This document shows positions 19,396 to 28,470 of a stretch of DNA of 64,000 bases, one piece after another. The position numbers were made by a program, and so were the translations under genes. The DNA is from Dehalococcoidia bacterium. GTDB taxonomy: Bacteria; Chloroflexota; Dehalococcoidia; DSTF01; WHTK01. Each line of letters opens with the position of its first letter. The first letter of the stretch is position 1. The stretch is from contig OZ240228.1 in NCBI GenBank assembly GCA_965197795.1, positions 813,128 through 877,127 on the forward strand, read 5' to 3'. The notes under the pieces are model-generated. The model was given only the letters and a program-made list of their open reading frames with translations, was not told the DNA's origin and ran no database searches.

Positions 19396-20669
19396 TTCAT
19401 CTCCACCAGCACCGTGGGAAGTTGGGCTGGACCACCGTTTTCAGGGGCAGTCGAGAGAGACGACAATCGAGTCCTTAGGCGCGTCAAGGACGGCTGAACA
19501 TAGTGATCGTCCATTCGGCGCGGACTGGTCCAGTTACCAGCCAGCGAAGCGACTGAACGCGAAACGAGCGTCGTCGCGAGAGTTGCAAAAGCCCTTCTAT
19601 AGCCGTGAGCGGTGAATGCCTCAACACCAGCCTGAGAACACGCGACAGCCAAATCCCTCGACCATTGTCGGTATGTCCAGGCCCCCGCCGTTATCCGTCT
19701 CCAGAAGGGGCCAGGCACACCAAATCCGATGCGCTCCGAATGAACAAATGCCCTTGCCCACGTATTGAAGGCCACGACATAGGCCTCCAACGCATCGAGA
19801 GCGGCCTTCGGCACGGCCACCTCGAAGGGCTGGACGGAACTCTTTGCCTTGAGGATCATGCGGCCTTGACCATTAGGAAGCCTGTGCAAGTCAGCGCCGT
19901 CTAGTCGAAGGAGGGCACCTATTCGTAGACCTCGATCCGCCAGTAGGCACAGTAGCGCCTCGTTGCGGGAGCCAATCCAGCCCTCACCGCGACTCAGGAC
20001 ATGCCGAACCGCTTCGGCCTCGTCGGGCGTGGGCATTCGGCCTCCACGACCACGAGACCAGCCAACGGGCAATCGGTAGCCGGTTCCGACTAACTCGGCG
20101 ACCTGTTGGAGAGCCTGATCGACATTGCCCGCTGGTTGGGGCAAGCCGAACTGTTTGAGCTCGACCTCCATCAGGAGTGCGAATGCTCGAGCCACACTGC
20201 GTCTCTGGGAAGCGAGCCATGCTGTAATGCTCCGTCCGCCATCTGACGCCATTCCACTAGCCAAGGTCTTTCCCAGTAGATCAAGGTCCGAATAGAACCT
20301 AACCAATGAGACCGGCTCGCCCAGGAGCGTTGTCGCAAGCATCAGCGAATCACGCAGTACCCAGGAGTATTGCCGAACTGTCGCCGCTGTGAAGCGGTTG
20401 GCGACCCGCCTGCCAAACTCCGCAATGAGCGCTGCGTCGTCTGCAGGTAGGCTGGCCACCCGCCCAGTTCGTCGCTTGAGGTCCCGTGACTCAGCGCCGC
20501 AACCTGGTAGAGCCTGCTGAACGTCAGTGCCGATCTTTGCAATCTGTTCGTCTAAGTCGACTGCCGATCTTTGCTTAGTAGTTTCCGTGTCAAGCTGCGA
20601 CCAGAATGTCTCGGTGTCTTCCGCAGAACGGCAACCAAGAAGGGGTTGCGCTGAAGTCGGCGCCTTCAC
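19392..20669 (-). CDS. tyrosine recombinase/integrase (true start probably downstream of 20669)
   Basis: C-terminal catalytic motifs AHGYRRAFAT...LAGNW...DHYV (H-x-x-R ... Y). An N-terminal SAM-like core-binding region is present. Repeat unit occ1 lies within the 5' region annotated by the ORF track. Confidence 0.7.
   Translation of the reverse strand: MKAPTSAQPLLGCRSAEDTETFWSQLDTETTKQRSAVDLDEQIAKIGTDVQQALPGCGAESRDLKRRTGRVASLPADDAALIAEFGRRVANRFTAATVRQYSWVLRDSLMLATTLLGEPVSLVRFYSDLDLLGKTLASGMASDGGRSITAWLASQRRSVARAFALLMEVELKQFGLPQPAGNVDQALQQVAELVGTGYRLPVGWSRGRGGRMPTPDEAEAVRHVLSRGEGWIGSRNEALLCLLADRGLRIGALLRLDGADLHRLPNGQGRMILKAKSSVQPFEVAVPKAALDALEAYVVAFNTWARAFVHSERIGFGVPGPFWRRITAGAWTYRQWSRDLAVACSQAGVEAFTAHGYRRAFATLATTLVSRSVASLAGNWTSPRRMDDHYVQPSLTRLRTRLSSLSTAPENGGPAQLPTVLVEMK
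20525..20581 (-). repeat. bipartite repeat unit, copy 1 (reverse orientation, degenerate B half)
   Basis: cagtGCCGATCTTTGCAATC-[14]-GACTGCCGATCTTTGCTTAGTAG, compared with reverse-complement unit GACTATCGATCTTCGGAGTC-[13]-GACTGTCGATCTTTGCTTAGTAG. Confidence 0.6.
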
Positions 20670-20847
20670 GAACTGGTCTCATTGTCTAAGTCTCGGATGG
20701 AGACTTCGGCAAAGATACGGCGCCACAACTCCAGCCAGGCAGGGGTCAGTTCTGGGACTGCTTGCCAGTCCACTTGCACAGCAATGGCGCTCACCCTCGG
20801 CTTGGCCGAACGTGGACAAGGGTCTGACGGGTGGTGTTCGCTCATAC

Positions 20848-20997
20848 AGGTAGCCCCCGAGAGGCCTGGCCTGCCAGTCTGGCGCTCTCGGGGGCTTGGT
20901 CACCGCCAGTGGCGGTTGCCCACGAATTGGGTTGGCAGGCTTGAACCTCGTTGGTTCTTGCCTGTAAGGCGTGACGAAGGGCGTCACATCGTGACGG
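20848..20997. repeat. conserved ~150-bp palindrome-rich segment at the 3' flank of the 391-aa gene; a second copy (~85% identical) is at 58608-58757
   Basis: Shared ggtagcc.ccgagaggcc.ggcctgccag...ggttgcccacg.att...gaacctcgttggttctt.cctg.aa.ggcgtgacga...gcgtcacatcgtgacgg. It contains CGTGACG/CGTCAC inverted repeats. Confidence 0.6.
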
Positions 20998-21009
20998 AGT
21001 CCATCACGG

Positions 21010-22185
21010 CTAAGTGGTTATCTTCCACTCGATGGCTTCTTCGGGCTCATAGGAGAAGCTGGCGCCACGTTTAACTGAGTGCTTCAAGTGACTCGCGAGG
21101 GCTGGCAAGATATCCGCAAGCTGATCCTCGACTCGGTCGAGGGCATGAGAGATGCTTGTGCGCGCCTTCTCCGCTGGCCCTTGAACGCGGCGAGGCCGGC
21201 TCCCGAGTCCAATGACCTGCCTTAGTTGTTTCTGCAATGACGACAGCTCATCCTGCTCCTCATTGGAGAGCAGCCCGCTTCTCTTGCGGGCGTCTAGCTC
21301 GGCAATCCGTCGCTGGTAGTCCCGTCGGGCATCCGTGTCTATGACCTGATCGGACTCCATTTCATCTATTCTCAATTCATCGTCGTGACTTGGCAGCGAG
21401 CCGGCTGACGGACCCGATAGGGCCAGCAGCTCGAGAGCACCGATCCTCTTGCCGGGATTGGCGAGCAGATGGGACAGATACGCCAGCCCGACATAGTTCC
21501 GGACCGTCTTGCTTACACCCGTCCATGTGGCGGTCCAGTGTTGGCCGGATTTCACCAGCGCGTACCCAGGGAGCGTCTCCAAGCGACCGAACTCCGGGAT
21601 CTCTACTGATAGTCTTGCGTCTTGCTCACGAAGCATCGCCGGCAGCGAGCACACTCTGCCTGCCAGCCACTGGGGCACGTCCTCGCTCAGAACCACGAAG
21701 AGCGCTTGCTTCCGCCCGCCACTCGGCGCGAATAGCGCCGGTGCATCCGGCCAGCCCACACCCCTGAGGAGATGCACCTCCAGACCTTGACTGGAACCTA
21801 GACTCCAGTGGCGCCCGCGCATTGCTTCACGAGGGGTCCTCCCTGTCTCCAAGACGCGGACAAGTTGTGCCGCGATGCCTTCGATGGAGATACGCCAGCG
21901 CTTTAGCAGGATCGCGTCCAATTCAACCCTGCCGTTCAGGGGGCAGTAGATGTAGGCCGGAGCGCCGTCTTCGCCGAAGGTGACAGTTTCTGAATGAGGC
22001 TCGTCGCATTCGGTGCAGCTCACTCGTGATTGGGACCCGGTCGGTTCTAGCAGGCCTAACTCCGCAAGCGACCGGACGGCGCCTTCCGGCCAGCTTTGGG
22101 TCTCGTCGCCCAGAACCAGCTTCGGGGTATCTCCTGGAAGGTCAGCCCGAATCAACAGCTCGGTCGCAATGTCGATCAGTGTCAC
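21010..22185 (-). CDS. hypothetical protein (391 aa, Cys-x2-Cys zinc-ribbon-like N-terminus, coiled-coil C-terminus); first gene of an uncharacterised two-gene operon
   Basis: No family recognised. The C-terminal ~85 aa are paralogous to the fragment at 58765-59000. Confidence 0.5.
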   Translation of the reverse strand: MTLIDIATELLIRADLPGDTPKLVLGDETQSWPEGAVRSLAELGLLEPTGSQSRVSCTECDEPHSETVTFGEDGAPAYIYCPLNGRVELDAILLKRWRISIEGIAAQLVRVLETGRTPREAMRGRHWSLGSSQGLEVHLLRGVGWPDAPALFAPSGGRKQALFVVLSEDVPQWLAGRVCSLPAMLREQDARLSVEIPEFGRLETLPGYALVKSGQHWTATWTGVSKTVRNYVGLAYLSHLLANPGKRIGALELLALSGPSAGSLPSHDDELRIDEMESDQVIDTDARRDYQRRIAELDARKRSGLLSNEEQDELSSLQKQLRQVIGLGSRPRRVQGPAEKARTSISHALDRVEDQLADILPALASHLKHSVKRGASFSYEPEEAIEWKITT

Positions 22186-23387
22186 ACGCCTACTAGCTCC
22201 CCGATGACACGCTCCAGATTGGACTCCGTAAGAGCCTTCCTAATGATCCCGTCGATGCCCTCGTGGTCGAGAAGGCACCCATTTCGAGCAAGGGTGAAAG
22301 TCTTCGTTCTTCCGCGTCGCTTCTTGCCAATCGGTCGGAACTGAGCCTGGAGTTTCACCCGCTCAACATCCATCAAGAAGAACGGGTATTTGTCCGTGGC
22401 CTCGCCTGGGACCACCGACCAGTACCGGCTTGCCACGTTGAGGACGCCCTTTCCAGGTGGCCCTCCAACCTCAACTGTTACGCTGCGTCTTCCGTCCCTA
22501 TCCCTGACATTCACCCACTTCACCTCGATACTTTCGAGTCCAGTGGGTGGATCGATGTAAAACTCGAAGGACTCGTCCTTCAGGCGATTGAGGTCATAGA
22601 TGGTCGCGGGGCCTCCGTCAGGCGGAAGGTTCATCCCCATCGCGACGATTCCAAACAACTGCTGGAGGTCTCTTACCTTCTTCTTGGTCCCCTGACAGAA
22701 GACCTCCAAATTACCCGTGTCGGGGCAGTAGAAGAAGAGCAAATCAGAAGCGGGCCGAATTTTCCGCCTAATCAACTCATCGGCCGCGTATTCGAGGACC
22801 GTCGTACCGAAGTCTTCGGGGTACGCGAGAAAAAGCGTGCCAGTTGCCCGCTCAAGGTGCTCGACCTGACAGTGAGAGCCACGTCCTTCCTCGCGCAGTA
22901 GATAGGCGGTGAGCTCGCTCGAGAGTCTCTTGATGACTGCGGCGCCTGTACTCGGGTGAAGGTCTTTCCCGATGAAGCGGCGCCGCCAGTATCTGCCATT
23001 AAGGGTATCTGCGGCTCGGAAGCGCACCAAGTCTGCGAATAGCTCTGGCCACTTTAGCAGTAGCCACAGGGCAGCGTCGTAGCTGCTTTCCAGAGCCGTG
23101 AGAACGTCTGTGAGGTCGAGCTCTCGCGCCTTTGCTTCCTGATAGATGACGTGCTGGCCATCATCATCAGCGAGGTCATAAACATCTTGGAGGTCCTGCT
23201 CCACATCAATCCGCCTGTCCGGAGGAAGGTCTTGAATGGCCGCACCTAAAGCTTCAACGTCACACTCGTCTTCCTCCAGGAATTGCTGGCCAAGAAACAG
23301 GTCCCGAGAAAGGAGGTACTCTCGGAGGAGATTCCACTCGAATTGACGCAAGACTCCTTTAGTTGAAAACGCATAGCGGTGACTCAT
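22182..23387 (-). CDS. hypothetical protein (401 aa), translationally coupled (4-nt overlap) to the downstream 391-aa gene
   Basis: Long clean ORF with no recognisable motifs. Its stop overlaps the start of 21010..22185. Confidence 0.5.
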   Translation of the reverse strand: MSHRYAFSTKGVLRQFEWNLLREYLLSRDLFLGQQFLEEDECDVEALGAAIQDLPPDRRIDVEQDLQDVYDLADDDGQHVIYQEAKARELDLTDVLTALESSYDAALWLLLKWPELFADLVRFRAADTLNGRYWRRRFIGKDLHPSTGAAVIKRLSSELTAYLLREEGRGSHCQVEHLERATGTLFLAYPEDFGTTVLEYAADELIRRKIRPASDLLFFYCPDTGNLEVFCQGTKKKVRDLQQLFGIVAMGMNLPPDGGPATIYDLNRLKDESFEFYIDPPTGLESIEVKWVNVRDRDGRRSVTVEVGGPPGKGVLNVASRYWSVVPGEATDKYPFFLMDVERVKLQAQFRPIGKKRRGRTKTFTLARNGCLLDHEGIDGIIRKALTESNLERVIGELVGV

Positions 23388-23613
23388 AGCGGGCCTCGTT
23401 TAGAACAAGGGGCGGGGACCCCAACTGACAACTCATCCGGGTCATCTCGTGAACAGTTTCCGATTCCCCTGTCAGGCCCGCAATACCCTGGCGGACTATA
23501 GGCACGCGAAAGTCATCCACATATCGAAACAGCAGATTCGAGACGCGACTACCGGAAGGACTTGCGGCACAGCTCTAGCGGCCAGCTGAGCCAATCCGAG
23601 GAGGATGAGTGGG

Positions 23614-24315
23614 TTATGCGCGCTCGATTGCCACGGTGCCGTCCTCTTGCACCCAGGCGAGGGAGAAGTTCACGGTCCCGCTTAGCCAGGACACCTTTTC
23701 CGAGAGGTTGCGGTAGGTGATGAATTCCGGTAGAGCGAGCATTAGGTCGGCCGTGGAGTCCTCTCCGTGCCAGGCGCAGACCTCGAAGAAAGCGCCGTAG
23801 AACCAGTTTCTAGCCTGGGTGAATGGCGTCGTTCTCTCAGTTCCAGCCGGCCTTCCCTTGACGCTAGCCCAAAGCTCTCTGCCGTCCTTGCGGACCACTA
23901 TGTCCTTGCCGTGCTCGCGCGAGGACGTATCGGCGACGCGGACCACGTCGAAGCCTTCCTTCACAAGGTGACGAACGACCGCTGCCTGCACGTTCCCTTC
24001 CCAGAACCACGGCCGGTCAGAAATGACGGTGGCCGCGACCTGAGGTTTCTGCGCTGGCGAGGCCACGAAGTAGTTTCGGATGCCGTCTTCCTCTTGCCGG
24101 CGCACGATTAGTCCGGCGGACGCGAGCTCTCTACATCTCTGGTTCACCTGCGCGTGGTGCTTCACACCGAGCGCCTGGCGCAGATCCGAATCTGTCACAC
24201 CTGACGAAGAGGCGCTCATATAAGCGAGGATGGCGTCCTTGATGGTCTTCCTGCCCTTCCCTAGCTTCTGCTTCCTGGCCATCCGCCTGTTCGGGGTGGG
24301 AGGCTTCGAAGTCAT
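23614..24315 (-). CDS. winged-HTH protein with an uncharacterised C-terminal domain (possible restriction-endonuclease-like fold)
   Basis: Internal ATG at 24315. wHTH: LAYMSASSSGVTDSDLRQALGVKHHAQVNQRCRELASAGLIVRR. C-terminal: GFDVVRVAD...EHGKDIVVRKDG...VKG. Confidence 0.45.
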   Translation of the reverse strand: MTSKPPTPNRRMARKQKLGKGRKTIKDAILAYMSASSSGVTDSDLRQALGVKHHAQVNQRCRELASAGLIVRRQEEDGIRNYFVASPAQKPQVAATVISDRPWFWEGNVQAAVVRHLVKEGFDVVRVADTSSREHGKDIVVRKDGRELWASVKGRPAGTERTTPFTQARNWFYGAFFEVCAWHGEDSTADLMLALPEFITYRNLSEKVSWLSGTVNFSLAWVQEDGTVAIERA

Positions 24316-24753
24316 CAGACTGCAACAATCGATCTGTGTCGAGTGCCCATCACCCATCAGAGGACGGATAACCATGCGAGCGGCAGTATAACTGCTCACC
24401 GGAAACGTGATCGCAGCCTGACGATCCGTGGACGGCTGGCCAAGCGAGTCCACTTAGACTCTGGTTTCCGGCACTGGCAGCGCTGACCCGCTACGCACCA
24501 ATCCAGCGACCCGCCCTCGGCAAACAGACACTCACCGCTTGCCGACCAGAACCGCGCTTGCGGCCCGTAAAATGGGTCCCCGGCTCCTGCCTGGTGGCAG
24601 CAAGTTGCGGATTACCTACTCCCAAGGTGCTTTCTCGAGGTTCAGATGAGTCACGAGCGAACAGATGGCAGCAGTCCACCAGAGCGCGGCTTCTGTCTGA
24701 GGTGCGCGGAACGCCGCAACGCAACCTCGCCGTGGACCTGCTGCAGAAGCTGA

Positions 24754-25104
24754 TCAGGGCGAACTCTCCACCCAGAGTCGTTTTTCTGGCGGCAGCCTTA
24801 CGCCGGGGCCATCAACTGGGGGGTCACCGATCTCGAGGTAGGCGCAAAACGCTGGGTGAATCGAGTACCTGATTGGGCCTCGTGGCCTGCGGTTTCGTGC
24901 GTGCGACTGAATCTTCGGAACACCCGAGAGCTCGTGGACGAATCGAAAGTCCCCATCTCCAACTTCCAGTCCAAGGAAGCCCCGAGCAATGAGATGGTTC
25001 TGCACGCTCTCTACCTGCTGTTCTGCAACGCCGGCCCTCTCGATTGCTTGACGGACTTCGGCCTCTGGAAGGACCGACCTTTGCCCGATGAATTCGTACA
25101 GCAC
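24754..25104 (-). CDS. hypothetical protein; possibly the C-terminal piece of a fragmented gene that extends to about 25500 in other frames
   Basis: Protein-like stretches continue upstream in two other frames (MKQAANS...LLRVIEERF..., then ...ILPRPWDLIQSCNAAIGAAV...). Confidence 0.25.
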   Translation of the reverse strand: MLYEFIGQRSVLPEAEVRQAIERAGVAEQQVESVQNHLIARGFLGLEVGDGDFRFVHELSGVPKIQSHARNRRPRGPIRYSIHPAFCAYLEIGDPPVDGPGVRLPPEKRLWVESSP

Positions 25105-25570
25105 GTTCTCGATCTCTTCGACTGTGATACCGTTCTCAACCGTGAGAGATTCAAGGGCGAATTGAGAGTACCAGCTTCTGCGATTCGTACGTCCCCGGGT
25201 TCAACTCGACTATGCCGGTGATTTACTGCAGCACCAATTGCTGCGTTGCAAGACTGGATAAGATCCCATGGTCGGGGCAAGATCCGCTCGATAATGTAGT
25301 CGCGGGTCGGTATGCCGTTGATCTGCTCACGGAAGAACGCTCCCCGAGGTGAGAGGGGTCAGTCCCCTCGCGCTGATTCCGCCAGAAAGCGTTCTTCGAT
25401 CACCCTAAGTAGGAGTTCAGGATCGGTCCAAGCCAACCGCTGAACCGGCAGCTTGTCTGGCTCGCGCGCCGCAGAAGGGGTCGTAGCCGAGTTGGCCGCC
25501 TGCTTCATTGGTCCTTGCTTGCGTAACAGGTCCTTGCAGTTTCCTGCGTTTTCCCTGCTGTTTTGAAGCT

Positions 25571-25626
25571 GGAGCCACTGACTTTTAATCCGTCGGTCCT
25601 GGGTTCGAATCCCAGAGGGCCCACCA
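25571..25626 (+). tRNA. tRNA-Lys(UUU) 3' fragment: anticodon arm, variable loop, T arm, acceptor 3' strand and CCA; the 5' acceptor strand and D arm are absent (att-site remnant)
   Basis: ACTGA-CTTTTAA-TCCGT / CGGTC / CTGGG-TTCGAAT-CCCAG / AGGGCCC-A-CCA. The anticodon loop matches bacterial tRNA-Lys. No complementary GGGCCCT 5' strand is upstream. Confidence 0.6.
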
Positions 25627-26046
25627 CCAACCCTGCATCAGAGCACATATGGCTCAGAGTTCTGAGGACCCTGGACGAACAGAGCAGGCTGAGGACGGCG
25701 ACGACTGCGAATGAGATGGCCACGAGCGTCTGGCCGGCGGCGAGGAAGGCAAGAGCCGACAGACCGAACACTGCCATTTCGACCAGAAACCTGCCTGTGT
25801 CAGTCAGCCACGCCGCTGACTTCGGCGCGACCAGCTTCCACCAAACGAAGATGGCCGCGCCAGGCGCCAATGACGATCCCTTCCGCCAGATTGTCGCCCG
25901 CGTGGATGCCCCAGTACATGAGGGCCAGCAGGGCGCACAGTTCGAGGAGGCGACGGCTATCGCGAATCGCGCCCTCTCAACGGAGAATCCCTAGCTCCCG
26001 CCGGAGCTCGTCCTTCGCAACCTTCCAACCGAGAACAGCGAGGCGC

Positions 26047-27633
26047 TCAGGGCAAGTCAAGGACGGAGTCGAACTCTTCCCTTACTTTCATATCCGGCGT
26101 AATCAACTTAGCGAGTACATCTGCCGAAAACTGCGAGGGGTTTTCTCCGATCCCTTCGGTGTCGCCCAAGACACTCTTCGCAACATCGAACACTACACCC
26201 AGGGCTCCTTTCGCCGACCCGTTCGGACGAATCGCCCCATCGCGGGCTACCTTGAGTTGATCGGCCGCGTTTTCTACGCGGGAGCCTCGATCGCCTACCA
26301 GTGCATCAAGAACTTCGTCATCTAGAAGGTACGACTCCAAGGAGTGGCGTTCGAGCACTCTTAGATTCGGATCACTCTTGAGTAGGCGGGTACGGTTCTC
26401 TGGAGTAAGGTCATCGCGGTCGCGCAACTTTAGAAGACGCGTCCCTGGCGCAATCACCGAAGCTATCTGAGCCGCCTGTTCAAGCTCGCCCTTGCCCCCG
26501 CTGGACTTGAACTCCACCCGTGGGTGCAGGTCACGGAAGACCTGCCGGTATATCCGTTCGTCCCACACGGGAACTCGGTCACTCACTTGGCTCCCCTCGC
26601 AAATAACCAGAACCTCTGGAGCGAGAAGCCTAGCCAGATCGTCCAAGGCAACGGACATCGCCTCACGCAGGAGTTGGCCTGAGGGCTGGGACGGCTTGAG
26701 TTGGACATCTGGGGCTGGCCCCTTGACCTGTCCGAAATCCAAGAAGGCAACCCGGCCGGGCTCGGCGGTGGACATGTCGAACGCTCTACGGATCATCCCG
26801 ACAGAGTGAGTGGCGATCCACAACTGCGATCCATCTGGGAGAAGCCGTATGAGCTCAGTGAGCACAGAGGCCTGCACGGCGGGGTTGAGGTGGATCTCAG
26901 GCTCGTCAAGGCAAATCAGGGGGGTGCCCAGCTCTGTCGCCGCAATGTGGACATCCAACAGCAGGTCGAAAACGGCCTTCTCCCCGCCGGAGAGGCTCTC
27001 GTATCGGAATCGTCGGATGTCGTCCCTAGTAAAGTAGAAAGAACCGTTCGATGTAGCATCCCCCAACCCCGTGAAACGCAAATGCGGCAACACGCGTGTG
27101 AGAGAGTCTTGCACTGGCGCCAGCGTGGCCCTAACCGTCTCAAGGTCTCGAACGGCATCACTGCTCTCCAAGTTCGATAGGACCGGAACGAAACTCGCGA
27201 CGAGCCGCTGATAGTGCTCACCGAGAGCTTCGTCTGTCTCGACCATGCGGTCGAAGGATTCACGGCTGCGAAAGTCTTGCTGTCTCTCGATGGAATTCGC
27301 CAATACGTCTGGAGTATTTCTGTGGGCAGTTCGCACATGAACGAGCGGACCCAAGGGTTCTGAGGATCCAGAATCATCACCGTCGTGCAGGGTAACCTCA
27401 GGTCTGCCAAACGTGCCCGTCTCAGAATCGAAATAGTCACCGGAAAAGCCTCTACTCATAGTTCTGCCTTTGTGCCGTGCCCATTCAAGAAACGCGTCAA
27501 AGACGGAAGACTTGCCCGTCCCGTTCGGGCCGAGCATCACCACGAGTTCGACGTCGACACCTAGCGCCTGGATCCCTAAAGAACCGAAGCGCTTGAACTT
27601 GCTGGGAATCCTGACTTCCGATACACGCATGAG
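26047..27633 (-). CDS. OLD-family (or fused PARIS-like) ABC-ATPase + Toprim nuclease
   Basis: Start MRVSEVRIPSKFKRFGSL...VMLGPNGTGKSSVFDAF (Walker A). ABC signature LSGGEKAVFDLLL and Walker B LICLDEPEIHLNP. C-terminal Toprim: VLVICEGSQVSDRVP...LKLRDRDDL. Confidence 0.75.
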   Translation of the reverse strand, partial: LMRVSEVRIPSKFKRFGSLGIQALGVDVELVVMLGPNGTGKSSVFDAFLEWARHKGRTMSRGFSGDYFDSETGTFGRPEVTLHDGDDSGSSEPLGPLVHVRTAHRNTPDVLANSIERQQDFRSRESFDRMVETDEALGEHYQRLVASFVPVLSNLESSDAVRDLETVRATLAPVQDSLTRVLPHLRFTGLGDATSNGSFYFTRDDIRRFRYESLSGGEKAVFDLLLDVHIAATELGTPLICLDEPEIHLNPAVQASVLTELIRLLPDGSQLWIATHSVGMIRRAFDMSTAEPGRVAFLDFGQVKGPAPDVQLKPSQPSGQLLREAMSVALDDLARLLAPEVLVICEGSQVSDRVPVWDERIYRQVFRDLHPRVEFKSSGGKGELEQAAQIASVIAPGTRLLKLRDRDDLTPENRTRLLKSDPNLRVLERHSLESYLLDDEVLDALVGDRGSRVENAADQLKVARDGAIRPNGSAKGALGVVFDVAKSVLGDTEGIGENPSQFSADVLAKLITPDMKVREEFDSVLDLP

Positions 27634-27753
27634 TTCTGGTCCTACACCCACCCGAAAAGGGGCCCCTCTGTCACGCTCTCGGTCTGGTCGACGTATTCGT
27701 CGGCATCCCCGTTGGCTGCGCAATTCTTCAATCGCGACACCACTCGACAAGGA

Positions 27754-28074
27754 TCAAGTAGAGGTCTGCCAGCTTTCAGCAAAAGCCGCAACCTCACTCT
27801 CGGTCTTCGGATGGCAAGCCCTATGAACCAAGGCTCCGTTGCCAAGTTGCGTCAGCCCACCTTTGTGATGCTCCTTCACATGGTGAATTTCCGCCTCAGG
27901 CCAGTTTACTTCTGAGTGGCATCGAGATGGTAAAGCATGCTGATCCTTGCTGGCGCGCGTCACGAAGGCATTGGCGCGTTGTTCGACAGAGCTTGGAGGC
28001 TCAGAGCCGCTTTCGGCGTTACGTCCTAGCTCGTTATAGCCAAGCCCACCCGGAGGCTTCTGAGTGGACCCCAC
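27754..28074 (-). CDS. small HNH endonuclease, directly upstream of the OLD-family gene
   Basis: EIHHVKEHHKGG...GNGALVHRACH (H-N-H spacing). 120-nt gap to the OLD start on the same strand. Confidence 0.5.
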   Translation of the reverse strand: MGSTQKPPGGLGYNELGRNAESGSEPPSSVEQRANAFVTRASKDQHALPSRCHSEVNWPEAEIHHVKEHHKGGLTQLGNGALVHRACHPKTESEVAAFAESWQTST

Positions 28075-28119
28075 ACTGGATCGAGGCTCATGTGCCAGCG
28101 CAGGAATGGCGTCCTTCGC

Positions 28120-28470
28120 CTATTCGCCTCGCCGCCATACGGTGGGGTCGCAGAATACGAGGCGCCACAGCGCAGAATCGGAGCCATACCCGAAGCTGCC
28201 GTCAGGCTCCTCGACGATCCAACGGCATTCGAAGGACCCGGGCGTGTCGTTCACGGTTGCATCGCCCCTCGATAGCCAGATGGCCGGCGCAGTGTTCTCC
28301 ATCTCGGTTACGCGAAAGTCCGAGAGGTCGAAGCCTTCAAACGCCTCATGCAGTCGCCCGGCCATCTGGCCCAGCGATTTCTCCCCTTTATCGAGCCGCC
28401 TAGTCGGGAAGCGGGCAAGCGCACCGAAGTTCCGCTCACGCCAACCGGTCAGGAACTCAACGGTCAGCAC
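28120..28470 (-). CDS. hypothetical protein
   Basis: 116-aa ORF with protein-like composition. Function unknown. Confidence 0.3.
   Translation of the reverse strand: MLTVEFLTGWRERNFGALARFPTRRLDKGEKSLGQMAGRLHEAFEGFDLSDFRVTEMENTAPAIWLSRGDATVNDTPGSFECRWIVEEPDGSFGYGSDSALWRLVFCDPTVWRRGE

Noticed and set aside
25505-25870. 121-aa minus-strand ORF overlapping the tRNA-Lys fragment
   Set aside because: Its C-terminal third (GFEPRTDGLKVSG) is just the antisense translation of the tRNA T-arm. At most the N-terminal membrane-like part could be a remnant of a flanking gene.
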